In this document: piece after piece, positions 46,723-58,384 of the stretch
Numbering within the stretch: the stretch's first letter is position 1
Layout: the number at the start of each line of letters is the position of its first letter
Source of the DNA: Mayamaea pseudoterrestris
Lineage: Eukaryota
Direction of reading: 5' to 3'
Assembly: GCA_027923505.1 (NCBI GenBank)
Contig: BROI01000002.1
Coordinates: 2,418,001-2,482,000, forward strand
DNA length: 64,000 bases
Made by a program: the position numbers and the translations under genes
The notes under the pieces: generated by a model
Databases searched by the model: none
What the model saw: the letters and a program-made list of their open reading frames with translations, nothing else
Told to the model about the DNA's origin: nothing

Positions 46723-47924
46723 TTATGGATAATGATAGAAATTATTTTCAGTAAAGCCACCAGTGAACGGCCCGCGACTACTTCGCGAGTTATTGTAAGG
46801 AAGTGGTGCGTCTTGACTCATGGCAGTGGGCGCTATGTTGTTCGCCTGATAATCTGAAGAATAGCCATTTCGTCCTGAACGTGGAAGAGAGAGGATGAGC
46901 GCATCAACAACATAAAAACACGACAGCCCATATATAAATATGCATACCTGGTCCAAAGGCGGCCGCGTGATGATGATATAGTGGCTGTGGATGATAGCTA
47001 ACGATATCATGGCGAAACATGGGTCGCTGGCGCGACTTCTCAGCGGTGGCGCGGTGATGGTATGGAATGGGTAGCGAAGTTAGCATCAGCTGTTCGTCAA
47101 CCTTGTTGGCGGCTTCTTCAGCAGAGTGTATACGCAAAGGCTCGAATGGCAAGAAGGGATCGTAACTTAGTTGAGGTGGAGAAGCATCTGTTTGGTGTTC
47201 CCGACGGCCATTTTCAGCTATAATCTTGACAGCACGATGACTCACCCGGCTGGCAACGTCAAGGTGAGCTTGTTGCTCCCGAAATTTCTTAATCATTTCG
47301 TTGTACTCTGCACGCTCACGCAGCTCTCGCTCGATGTAAGGACGACGCTCAGCTTCACTCGCATTGCGCCACATTTCTCCCAATAAACGCGAGACATCGG
47401 TGTTGCCCATGTCTGGGTTCTGGCTTTTGATCGTTGCGCGACGATTTTGAGAGTATTTCAAAAAGGCGGACATAGGTCGCTTTGGTGCAAGTGGGTGTTT
47501 TTTGGCTCGACGCTTCGGCGCCATCCATGGGCCCTTGTATTCGGCCTTCTCTCGAACGTAACGCACCTTGTCGTCCCTTGCGACTTCATCCCAACTTGCA
47601 CGAACAGACTCATCAAGACCACGCCATTCTGACGCAACAATGGTAAGTATCTCGTTTTCGACCGAGACATTAGGATGGCTGTTTCTCATCTCCTCTTTCC
47701 TTGCGTCGGCGAAACACACGAAGGCCGACCGAGGCGCCATGGGAGGACCAAGAGTTGGTCGAGTTGTTGACTGGGACGGATCGTTTTCTTGCGAAGCCGA
47801 CAGCAGTATCTACATTGAATGAGGGCCAAAGTCAGAATCATCTTAAACGTAAGTATTGCTCAATACAGATCATTATCATTACCTTACGATGAGACGATGG
47901 CATGTCCCTCCCCATTCTCCACAT
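46723..47924 (-). CDS. Dual HMG-box protein; introns ~46875-46947 and ~47810-47882; start uncertain
   Basis: PMAPRSAFVCF...W and APKRPMSAFLKYS...LLGEMW HMG boxes. Confidence 0.85.
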
Positions 47925-48172
47925 TGTGCGCCTCGTTCCGCCGACATCTGTTATATGGCAGGCCTCCTGGGAATGAATGCGTTCCAGCTCTCTCAACCGT
48001 AAGTATTCGCACATTTTCGAAAAAGGCAAGCAGCAGCTTCGTCGCGGGATTCGACGGTTTAAGAAGCACCTTTTCTCAGATGCAAGGGTTGACAGCGCGA
48101 CTAGTCGCGTGGACAATGCTGGCATGCACGGCGCTTATACAACAGCGCAACGAGAAGCATATGGAGTGCAAG

Positions 48173-49461
48173 CTAATGCTTCACTCGTTTAGTTGGTGGC
48201 TCATGCAAGTCTCGGTCCTCGTTCCGCAGCTCGGAGAACGAGAAGCCCGATCGCTCAAGGAAAACGCCTCCTTTATCCCATCCCTTGACCTTCCAACCAG
48301 CAGCACCAAACGCAGCACTACCATACCCCGCCTTCCATCCGGACCTTCCATATGCGACTGCCAAACCAGCGAATTCCTCAGAAGTGCTAGCCATCTGGCC
48401 CGCCCGTAAACCCAAATGTTTCGGAACTGCCGGCAAGACTCGCTTCTTGAACTGAGTGTCTCTGGGCGTCGCGAATTTAACTTCAACGCGCTTGTTCAGA
48501 ATCATAAGCGGTTGAGCTTCCACTGACTTTTCTGCACCAAGGCTTCCATTTTCAAAGCTAACAAAACCAAAACCTCTGGAGCGGCCAGTCGCTTGGTCGC
48601 TATTTTGGTAATGGAAGTAAGGAAAAACGAAAAACGAAAAACGTCATGCAAGTATCACGCAGACTGAGTCACAAACGAAAGCGACGAATACGTGCAGGCA
48701 GACAACAACCAGTAACATTTCCACTTACACCATAACGACCGTATCAGTGACAGGCGCAAATTCGGAAAAAATATCCTTCAGTGCGTCGCGATCAATTTCT
48801 GCAGGTAATCCGCCAACAAACACCTTATTCATCTCCTTATTTCCGTCCGCCGAAACTGCAGGAGCAGCGGAGTCTGTTTCATTTATGCTGCTGCTGGTAG
48901 CAGCAAATGACTTGGACGTAAACGTTGGAAGTGCTTTACCCCCCGAGGATGAGTGACTCGGGTCTTGGTGGATGGACTTAGGAGCGACTCCGCGTACTTG
49001 CGCACGTTTGACATCGACGACCTGCGGCGGGTGCAAAGCGATCAATGAAAAAGTTGAGTCTCTTGTTAACCCGTCAATCATCACGCACATTCTAGCTAAT
49101 GCGATAGAGTCAAAAATTACAGTACCTTATGGTTGATTTCATGAACCGGAGTGTCCATGACAACGTCAACACTAGCGCTCTGAACAAAGACGACAAAACC
49201 AAAGCCTCGCGGCTGCCCCGTCATGCGATCACGCATAATTTCGACCGATGCGACTTGGCCGTACTGCTCAAAATGCCATCGTAAAGATTCTTCCGTCGTT
49301 TGCCAGGAGAGACCACCGACGAAGAGTCGGCCTTCAACGTCGGCGCTGCTGTTGATTGGTGGTGCGTGCTGAGTCGCAGCAATTTCAGTTGATGATGTCT
49401 GCTGCGCCGCTGGACTGCTTACAAAGTGTGGATTGCGGCCGTAATATGAACTGTCTGCCAT
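48173..49461 (-). CDS. Two-RRM RNA-binding protein (Musashi/hnRNP A-like); introns 49022-49125 and 48600-48728
   Basis: RNP2 motifs LFVGGL and VFVGGL; RNP1 motifs RGFGFVVF and RGFGFVSF. Confidence 0.9.
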
Positions 49462-49669
49462 GTTATTGAAGCTTGCTTTGAGGGGTATGATAGTTTTTGT
49501 TCTCCGAAGAAGCCTGTTGTTGATTTGCGAAAGATCGGACGGTAGTCACGCAAGTGTCGCAGCACAACTAAATATGATTACGTACGATTTGAATTTTTCC
49601 GTTCGCGCGCCGGCGCGCTTCCTGAACCTGGATCCAACGACCTCCTCTCCGCACAAATCGACCGTGACC

Positions 49670-51052
49670 ATGATGCACCCACACTACCAATTTGCGAACG
49701 AATCCCATCCCCAGCTGGTACCCAGCGTAACAGAGGACGACGATGATGAAGACGACGACGAAGAAAAAGAAAATGTTGGCATGCCTTATCCGACTCCACG
49801 CCATAACATCATAAACCAGCGTCGCTCGAGCATCATCGAGAACAACAACCATGCGATTGCCTACTTCCTGCGATACGAAACATCGATTCGACAGCAAGAG
49901 GCAGGAGACATGGCAACAATGGCTCACCTTCGATCGTGCATTGAACGAATTTTAGAACTCTCTGGTGTAAATGAAGCAGCCAAGAAATCTGATGCGGACC
50001 TGCTCATGCAACAAATCTCGTTCGGCGATCTAGACAAGGCCCGTCAGAAGCTTGAAGCATCCAACCGAGACGACATCAATCCAGAATTTATGACAACGGA
50101 TCAACAAGTCATGATGGTTCTACGAACGGTGACGGAAGATCTGGAAGAACATGATAAGGCTGTCGAAATTACATTCGCCGAGTTTGTGCAGGCTTACAAG
50201 CTTTGCATCACTGGAATAGAAGCCCTACAGAACTTGCCGGCAACCACAAAACCAGATGCCCGCAATCGCGCACGTAATCGCATACTGTCCATGTTGCGAC
50301 TCTTTGACGCTGGATCGACGAGCCTTTTTGACGGTACGCTTTCAACGGCATGCCCAACAGCAGTCGGCGTCGGCACCACGTCGGCCGCACCACACAATTC
50401 ATGCGAAGCCGGCGTACAAAGTGGTGTACTAAATAAGTCAACCAAGAAAGGATGGAAGAGAATTGCTGCTACATTTCTTCTGCTAATTGCCCTGGCAGTC
50501 GGCGCTTCTAAACAAGCAAAGCTCATTGATCCAATTGCCGTCTTCAATTTGACAATGGCCTTGAAGAGCCTCGCCACAGAGTTCCACCAACGACCGAATT
50601 CATTTCATAGGCAAGTGATTAAAGAATTGCAAACAAGCACTGCCAGATTCATTGCGATTAGTGAAATTCTCAGTGCCTTCGCTCCATCGGAAGTTTTGCT
50701 CGACCACCCTCCGATAAATGAGCAAGCGTTGCATGTTGATAGCCATACTCAAACGCCAATTTGCAACAGTCTGGCAGTTTACGCTAGCGACATGGATGAA
50801 ACTGTTGTCATGCCCTCGTACAACAACGTGGCAGTATCTGCCATTCTCGGTGGAATTGTGGGTGCGGCTGGAGCACCGTATGCTGCCTTGCTTCTACAAA
50901 GGGTTTTGTTTTTCCTCGTTGCCTATAGCGCCAGCCATTTTCTTCTCGCAAGCCTTGTGGCAGCATTGATTCCAATGGCTGTGAATGGGGTCTTTGCTCA
51001 CATGCCCAACTATGCTCTGTCTAGTGAACTGGAATACTTTCCAATGGAGTAG
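49670..51052 (+). CDS. Hypothetical protein with acidic N-terminus and C-terminal hydrophobic segments
   Basis: Part of the 530-aa ORF; likely start MMHPHY near 49670; predicted TM stretches. Confidence 0.6.
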   Translation: MMHPHYQFANESHPQLVPSVTEDDDDEDDDEEKENVGMPYPTPRHNIINQRRSSIIENNNHAIAYFLRYETSIRQQEAGDMATMAHLRSCIERILELSGVNEAAKKSDADLLMQQISFGDLDKARQKLEASNRDDINPEFMTTDQQVMMVLRTVTEDLEEHDKAVEITFAEFVQAYKLCITGIEALQNLPATTKPDARNRARNRILSMLRLFDAGSTSLFDGTLSTACPTAVGVGTTSAAPHNSCEAGVQSGVLNKSTKKGWKRIAATFLLLIALAVGASKQAKLIDPIAVFNLTMALKSLATEFHQRPNSFHRQVIKELQTSTARFIAISEILSAFAPSEVLLDHPPINEQALHVDSHTQTPICNSLAVYASDMDETVVMPSYNNVAVSAILGGIVGAAGAPYAALLLQRVLFFLVAYSASHFLLASLVAALIPMAVNGVFAHMPNYALSSELEYFPME

Positions 51053-51226
51053 GTGTGCATCTCTGAACTAAAGCAACTACTAGCTTAATTCTACTTTAGT
51101 TCCACAAATCAGAATAAGTTATTCTAAATAAAAAACTGTTTACACGTACTGTAAACACACAGTCAGACACAAAACCCTTGCTCAGTACAATGATTGGCAC
51201 ACCATTCCTTGTCTTCTCGCCTTGTA

Positions 51227-52474
51227 TCAACGCAACGTTCGGGTTGCATTGAGCTGGTCTACACGCTTTTGAATCAATTTCAAATCATGGACGTCCTGCT
51301 TGACAGCACCATAGAGCTCTATCAACTTTGCACGGTGACCCTTCACCATGGGAAAGAGCTGCTCGCTGAAATTGCGCTGGTTGTTCGGCACCTGGACAAC
51401 CATCTGTCCTCCGCCACTACCTCCGGGCGGTGCAAGCTGCAACGTCTCGGTCAAGTTCTTGGTCGCCTGGTACAACTCGTGTACTTGTTGCAATGACAGC
51501 GCAATCTGCCGCGTCGCTTCAACTTCGTCGCGCTGCAAGGGTAAATTCAAGCAACGAGCGAGCTCCACCTTTTTCATGACTTTCAAAAACTTTACCTTGA
51601 GCATTTCATGTTTGCGTTGCATATATTCGAGCCGCTGTTGCGTCTCGCGACCACGTCGGCGAAGCGTATCTTGCGAAGCGGCAATGGTATCAAGCTGACT
51701 GTTGCACTGGTTTGACAAATTTTGCTGATACGTCAAACGAGCTTGCAAGGCTTCCGCTCCAACAATCGGGATGGGCATGTAGTTCAAAAAGTCAGGATTG
51801 CGCACAAGCGCCTGGTTCCAATCGTGCTCCGAAAATTGCGCGGGTCGGGGGAGTGCGATTGGCCGAGGACGGCCATCCAACGCAATACCTTGCAACCACT
51901 GCTGCTGACTGACTTCACGAGTCACTGGATTATATAGAATGGCTGCAAATTTCGCAGATTCATCATCATTCGCTACTTCAGCTCCCGTGTAGGATCGTTG
52001 AATGCGATCAAATTTCTGGATGACGCGAGCTTCCTCTTGCCGCGCCGATGCTTCCAAGTGAGCCTGCATGGCAGCATGCGCAGGGAGTTGAGTAAATTGC
52101 TGCTGCGGCTGCTGATTATTCGCGCCGAACGCATTTTGACCAAACAATCCTCCAGGTGCTGATGTTGGTGCTGAACCAAAAAGATTGCTTCCGCTAGTCG
52201 AGGCAGGTGCAGAGCCAAAGAGTCCTCCCGTCGTAGCAGTCAGACCACCACCGAATAATGTACTACCAGCCGGCGTAGTTCCAAATGAGCTGCCACCAGC
52301 AGACCCTGCGGGTGCCGGATTTGTAGAGCCATTTAACGCCGATGGGGCAGGAGTTGCATTGATAAAGGCGTTACCGGCAGGAGCGGCACCTGTCGCAGCA
52401 GCAGGAGAATTGTAGTTATTCATGGCTGGCGCTGTATCAAGTTTATGTACTGTATTCGTACCCCAGGTTACCAT
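51227..52474 (-). CDS. NUP54: Nucleoporin Nup54/Nup57-like
   Basis: N-terminal FG/GLFG repeats, WNQALVRNPD..YMPIPIVGAEALQARL (Nup54 domain pattern) and a coiled-coil C-terminus. Confidence 0.85.
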   Translation of the reverse strand: MVTWGTNTVHKLDTAPAMNNYNSPAAATGAAPAGNAFINATPAPSALNGSTNPAPAGSAGGSSFGTTPAGSTLFGGGLTATTGGLFGSAPASTSGSNLFGSAPTSAPGGLFGQNAFGANNQQPQQQFTQLPAHAAMQAHLEASARQEEARVIQKFDRIQRSYTGAEVANDDESAKFAAILYNPVTREVSQQQWLQGIALDGRPRPIALPRPAQFSEHDWNQALVRNPDFLNYMPIPIVGAEALQARLTYQQNLSNQCNSQLDTIAASQDTLRRRGRETQQRLEYMQRKHEMLKVKFLKVMKKVELARCLNLPLQRDEVEATRQIALSLQQVHELYQATKNLTETLQLAPPGGSGGGQMVVQVPNNQRNFSEQLFPMVKGHRAKLIELYGAVKQDVHDLKLIQKRVDQLNATRTLR

Positions 52475-52571
52475 GAAAATCTGTGAATTCTTGATGATCT
52501 GAATGACTTCGTATACAAACGAGTTGTAGTGCTAGTATATGACACAAAATACAACGAAAGCAGCGCCAGGG

Positions 52572-52812
52572 TGATAAATAGCTGCTACTCTATCCTATAG
52601 ACTGTAATGGCCCGTTAGCGCCCAGGACAGAAGATAGCAACAACCCGAGTCCTTTCGAACAACAAGTGGTCCTCCGTCCCGTATTTCTAGTTGAGTTACC
52701 GCTATACTAAACTCGTCTCCGTCGACTAGTTAGTATCGCCTTCAGTGTACTCGGCCAGTACCGTTGCGTCAGTTGCAGCGTGTCACACTCTCCGGAAACC
52801 TAGTTTCTATCA
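52572..52812 (-). repeat. 3' LTR of element 3
   Basis: Preceded on the minus strand by a polypurine tract at 52813-52820. Confidence 0.95.
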
Positions 52813-52901
52813 CTCCTCTTGAGACGCTGGAGAACCCTGCTCTCTTCAACAGACCAATATACTAATAGATTACTAAAGCAGCGCTCCTCTGCAAACTCGC
52901 C

Positions 52902-55900
52902 TTAGCCATGCATGAATCCGCCGACACACTTACTGAACGCCTTCTGCGTTTGCCCCTTCGTGAGGCAGTCTGCAAAGTTGTCCAATCCATCAATCTTGAT
53001 AGGGTGGCAGATCCCTGCCGCTGACGCTTCTCGCGTTTTATGGTAAGCAATAGCAACATGCTTCTTCTTCAAGACGCTGCTGCTCAAGGTCGCGTTCTGA
53101 ATAACGCCCATATTGTCACCACAAATGAAACTGGCCGTCGACACCTTGACGCCGAGGCATCGAAGCATATAACGTACAGCAATGAGCTCCTCTACAGCTG
53201 TCTTCATCGCACAGAATTCGGCTCCGTATGTGGACGTCTCTATTGCCCCTTGACGCTTGCTCATATACATGACTGGCGTCCGCCCGACGACAATCAGCAT
53301 CCCCGTTATGGACCGTCTTGTTAACTGATCGTGCGCATGATCAGAATCAACAAAGACTGTAATGAGCATCTCGTCTATAAGAGCTGTCGGAAGGCTCGCG
53401 TCAATCTCTTCGAACGCGTTAGCGTATTGCTCGGATAGCTCCTTGGTAAGATCCATCGCTCGCGAGTCTTCAGCGCCTGAATAAACTGGGTCTCTTGAAT
53501 CAACGACGATCCTACGATTCGCTCGCTTCTTTAGATACCCAAATACTCGCAGCACTCGCTTGAGATGACCGTCCCTTGGAGCTGCAGTAAATCTCGAGAG
53601 GGAGGACGTGGCGTGAGCGACATCAATTCGTCCAATCGTAACGATCCAAACGAGCATTCCAATCAACATTTGATACTTTCGATGCTCATCATCATTAAGC
53701 ATTGTACTCGTATCAATTTCGGGGTGGTCGCCTGTTTCAGTTGGATTCGTATACTTCTTGAGCATTCCAAACATGCGCTCGACCCGTTTGATTGCTTCCG
53801 TCAAGTACTTCTTGCAACCGATGCACCATCGTCCTTTCCGATCCTTCTTATAATCATTACCCAAGTAGTAATCGGGAGGGCCGATGGATTTGACTGAATA
53901 GACGAGTTGAATGGCCTCCATTATTGCCTCTGGATTCTTGCCGACCAACATGAAATCGTCGACGTGAGTGCAAACGTATTCATAATGGCTGCCGTCTTCT
54001 GCAAGACGGATCCAAACATCCTTATCATATCCAGTAGGAACAAAGCCAAGGCCTCTGAGCGTATCGGCAAAGTGCGCGTGCCATCGTTCGCGAAAGACGA
54101 TAGCCCGTAAAGAGCCTTAACGATAATGACCACCTTGCCTTCAAGCTCTGGTCCAAACTCTGGTCCTGCAATAGCGTATACTTTTTCGTTAGTAAAAGCG
54201 TTCACGTAAGCATTAGCAACGTCGCCGCAAACTTGTCGAAGATTCGCCTTGTGAGCGATGACGTGGAGAAGCTTCACGCTGATGCCTTTTACCGTCGACG
54301 AGTATACGTTATGATCCAAAGCATCAATCAAATGGCCTCCAGCAACAAGCCTAGCTTTGCGCCGCATATCTTGTTTGACAGTAAAGATCATCATGAGCGT
54401 AGTCTTCTGATAGCAAGAGTCGGGTACGAAACCGGCGCCCTTGAAATCAAAGCACTCGAGCTCCGTCAACGATCCAACCTCGGCCTTGATAGCGTCTTGC
54501 CAATGCGTATCGCCGTTAGCTTCATCCAATCGAATAGCCTCTCGAACGTTCTTGGGTACTTGAACGCCGTACTTGAACTCTGGTTTAGCCGTGTACGTCT
54601 TCTTCTTCTTTCGATTCTGAGTCCGTCGAACAGCGTAAACTTCGTCGTTGTCGTCCAGATGAAAGTCATATAGTCTCGTCACTCGCCTCACGGCTCGATT
54701 CAAGTCTCTAATAACCTTTGTAGCCCACGAAAGCGTTCGATCGGTTGCTCTGGCTCGAGTTACGTTCTTGTCGAGGATGTACTGAGCCGTCATCCTTGGA
54801 TAATCTTCCTTCATGTCACGAAGCTCTTCCCAGGATTTCTGCTCCGTATTCCAAACGACTTGCAGTCGCAGTCGCCCTTCAGTCCATTCATGACCAAGGA
54901 TCGCTCGAACATGTGCGCCGCCAATGGATGGTTCGTTCTCGAGCGTGGAGGAATACGCGTTGTTAACTTCCTCCGCCATCTCGATTCCATCGTTCTCCAA
55001 TGGATTGAAGCCTGGCAAAAGCTCCTCTCGAGACCGGCTCCCATTGTTAGCAGTGCTTGGCGTTCGGTTCTCCTCGTCTTCCTCTTCGTCCGACTCGTTG
55101 ACCGTCTCGACCTCCACGTTGCGGTGGCTGCCGAGTCTATCCGAGGCTTCTGTTGAATCCAAATGGTCTTCCGCTGACTCGAACCTTACTCGCTTGTTCT
55201 GATTGCCTGTAGTAGCTGCGTCCGCTGCCCCCTGCTCCTCTGGAACGACGCCCCGTCGAAACTGAGGAGCACTTGCAACGCAGTCTTCATTATCTCCATG
55301 GTCGTCGTCAATTGATTCCACGCTCGAGTCGCTGTCAGAACCGGAGCGATCACGCTGAGCGTTGGTGTCGTTCCGCGACCGTTTGCGACGGTTTGGGCTG
55401 TCGACGTTTTTGCTCCTAGCAGACCCTCCTCCATCAAGCTGTCGTTCGAGTAAAAGATCAGTTTCTTTTATAGCAATTAAACTACAAACTTCCTCATCGT
55501 CGCGGCGTGGTTGGACCACGTTTCGAATGAGCTCGCGCCCCTTCTCCCAGACGCCTTCCGGGGTCGTCCAGATGCGATACGTAAACGCGTCGCCGTGATC
55601 CCAAGCAATCCCTACAAAACGTCCTGGAAGAAAGTTCTTGTGAGGAAAGCTTGCAGTCGGTTCATAGTACCAGACTGGTTGCCAGAAACTGAAGCGAAAG
55701 ACTGATATATCGGGAGTCATCCCATACATCCTTTCGTGTGGCGTGCGCCATTCGAGTTCCTTGCGCGCCGTGAAATTGAGGCAGTCGATAACAAAGAGCA
55801 AACAGTAGCACCAGAATACAAGAGGAGCTTGTGCCGCGCGCAGTACAAGTATGACTCGCTTCTTGACAAGATGGACTGCTCCTTCAGCTTGATTCTGCTG

Positions 55901-56682
55901 CTGGTTGTGAGGTACCGTATTCTTTTGTCGAACCGCAAGGTTGCGACTGGTCGCTGTCCACTTCTTCCCAATCTGCGTTTGAGCATTATCAGTGATAAGA
56001 ACGTTAGGAGCGCCAATGTACCTTATAAAATCCTGATAGGCGCCATGCGATTCAGATTCCTTGCGCATGCAACGCGCAAACAGAAACTTGCTTGTCACAG
56101 CGACAAAGATTTGGACACACATGTAACCTCGAATGGATTTTACTGTAGAGAAGAAAGTATCCGAATCCGTGCGTCCTTCAACACGCCTTGGATGCAAAGC
56201 AAGCAAGCGTTGTTTACGATGCTGTCGGGGACTCTCTCTATTCTCCATCTCGACGGGAGCTTGACAACTGCGTAGTCGCCTCCAAAGTCTTGGCAGCAAC
56301 GAACTCAGGACAGTTTCCTAATCTGATTCGCCAGTCGGCCTTCTCTGGGATTGATTCTGCAGGCGCTCGCCTCGATGGTGTAAACTTGTGTCCGGATTCC
56401 AACCCGAACTTTCGCGGTATGAGCCACAGTACGTTTAACTCTGTTAGCTCCTTCTGTGTTGGCCTGCGTATGTAGAAGGAAAGAGTCTTTTCGTCGACGA
56501 AATCGAGTTTAAAAGTCGTTCCTTCTACCTCAATGAGTGACGCTCCGCCGTCGCGCTCAGCCTTGTCTTCAACCGTAACACCTGCCTCGCGTAGCATGTG
56601 TGAGTTGAATAGAGACTCAGTTTGAGCAGGCGACTCGTCCCACGCGGCGCTTCCAACTCCAAGAAGAATAGGTCCTTTGCTG
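52902..56682 (-). pseudogene. pol: Copia pol (integrase, chromo-like segment, RT, RNase H), split by frameshifts near 56240 and 54090
   Basis: TDSDTFFS, LITDNAQ and QNQAE (integrase); KARLVAGGH, DVANAY, ALYGL and THVDDF (RT); FVDSDHA, AEFCA, GDNMG and NFADCLTK (RNase H). Confidence 0.9.
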
Positions 56683-57735
56683 CACAAATCAGAATAAGTT
56701 ATTCTAAATAAAAAACTGTTTACACGTAAACACACAGTCAGACACAAAACCCTTGCTCAGTACAATGATTGGCACACCATTCCTTGTCTTCTCGCCTTGT
56801 ATCAACGCAACGTTCGGGTTGCATTGAGCTGGTCTACACGCTTTTGAATCAATTTCAAATCATGGACGTCCTGCTTGACAGCACCATAGAGCTCTATCAA
56901 CTTTGCGGTGACCCTTCACCATGGGAAAGAGCTGCTCGCTGAAATTGCGCTGGTTGTTCGGCACCTGGACAACCATCGTCCTCCGCCACTACCTCCGGGC
57001 GGTGCAAGCTGCAAGTCTCGGTCAAGTTCTTGGTCGCCTGGTACAACTCGTGTACTTGTTGCTATGACAGCGCAATCTGCCGCGTCGCTTCAACTTCGTC
57101 GCGCTGCAAGGGTAAATTCAAGCAACGAGCGAGCTCCACCTTTTTCATGACTTTCAAAACTTTACCTTGAGCATTTCTTGTTTGCGTTGCTATTCGAGCC
57201 GCTGTTGCGTCTCGCGACCCGTCGAGCGAAGCGTATCTTGCGAAGCGGCAATGGTATCAAGCTGACTTGTTGCACTGGTTTGACAAATTTTTGCTGATAC
57301 GTCAAACGAGCTTGCAAGGCTTCCGCTCCAACAATCGGGATGGGCATGTAGTTCAAAAAGTCAGGATTGCGCACAAGCGCCTGGTTCCAATCGTGCTCGA
57401 AAATTGCGCGGGTCGGGGAGTGCGATTGGCCGAGGACGGCCATCCAACGCAATACCTTGCAACCACTCTGCTGACTGACTTCACGAGTCACTGGATTATA
57501 TAGAATGGCTGCAAATTTCGCAGATTCATCATCATTCGCTACTTCAGCTCCCGTGTAGGATCGTTGAATGCGATCAAATTTCTGGATGACGCGAGCTTCC
57601 TCTTGCCGCGCCGATGCTTCCAAGTGAGCCTGCATGGCAGCATGCGCAGGGAGTTGAGTAAATTGCTGCTGCGGCTGCTGATTATTCGCGCCGAACGCAT
57701 TTTGACCAAACAATCCTCCAGGTGCTGATGTTGGT
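56683..57735 (-). pseudogene. Indel-containing duplicate of 51103-52169 (Nup54 3' coding region plus 3' flank) inside element 3
   Basis: Near-identical DNA in the same orientation, with several 1-6-bp indels. Confidence 0.9.
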
Positions 57736-57907
57736 CGCCAATGAGCTCAAGCTTGCGCCGAACCATCACAGGAGCTTGGGGTAAAGCCTCCGTAATGTCG
57801 AGGCGAGATACGATGCCAAGATCGTCTTTAGAGATGATTCCACCTGCTGCCAAAGCAGCAACGTACTCGTCCGTCAGACCAGCCAAAGCGATGACGATTG
57901 CCTCCAT
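57736..57907 (-). pseudogene. gag: N-terminus of element 3 gag, interrupted by the Nup54 copy
   Basis: ATG 54 bp inside the 5' LTR (MEAIVIALAG...RRKLELIGD), then an abrupt switch to Nup54 sequence. Confidence 0.65.
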
Positions 57908-57960
57908 GTTTATCTTTCTGGTTTCGTTTGTGACAGTGATACAGATTACGTCTCATAAGC

Positions 57961-58201
57961 TGATAAATAGCTGCTACTCTATCCTATAGACTGTAATGGC
58001 CCGTTAGCGCCCAGGACAGAAGATAGCAACAACCCGAGTCCTTTCGAACAACAAGTGGTCCTCCGTCCCGTATTTCTAGTTGAGTTACCGCTATACTAAA
58101 CTCGTCTCCGTCGACTAGTTAGTATCGCCTTCAGTGTACTCGGCCAGTACCGTTGCGTCAGTTGCAGCGTGTCACACTCTCCGGAAACCTAGTTTCTATC
58201 A
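57961..58201 (-). repeat. 5' LTR of element 3
   Basis: TGATA...TATCA; reads identical to 52572-52812. Confidence 0.95.
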
Positions 58202-58384
58202 AGGGTATGCGGCTCCAGCGGCAATCCCCATGTTGTGTGCGAAGATGCGGCTGTGCTCCGTGTCGCAGCAAGACGATATTTCATTCCCGCACAATCATGA
58301 CTGGAACTAACGCAACTGCAGGGACTGGTGAATTGCAAAAAAATTAGCAAACACAAATCGTTATGATAATTCTCCACCTTGCGC

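Larger units (their letters stand above)
52572..58201 (-). mobile_element. Ty1/copia LTR retrotransposon (CoDi II-like), 5630 bp, two LTRs
   Basis: Identical 241-bp LTRs, TG...CA ends, AGGG on both flanks, PBS at the 5' LTR, PPT AAGAGGAG at the 3' LTR, and domain order PR-IN-RT-RNaseH. Confidence 0.97.

Noticed and set aside
47884..48069. HSF-like words (FP...VENGEGHAIVS) upstream of the HMG boxes
   Set aside because: The frame does not splice in phase to the HMG exon and the rest of an HSF domain is absent.
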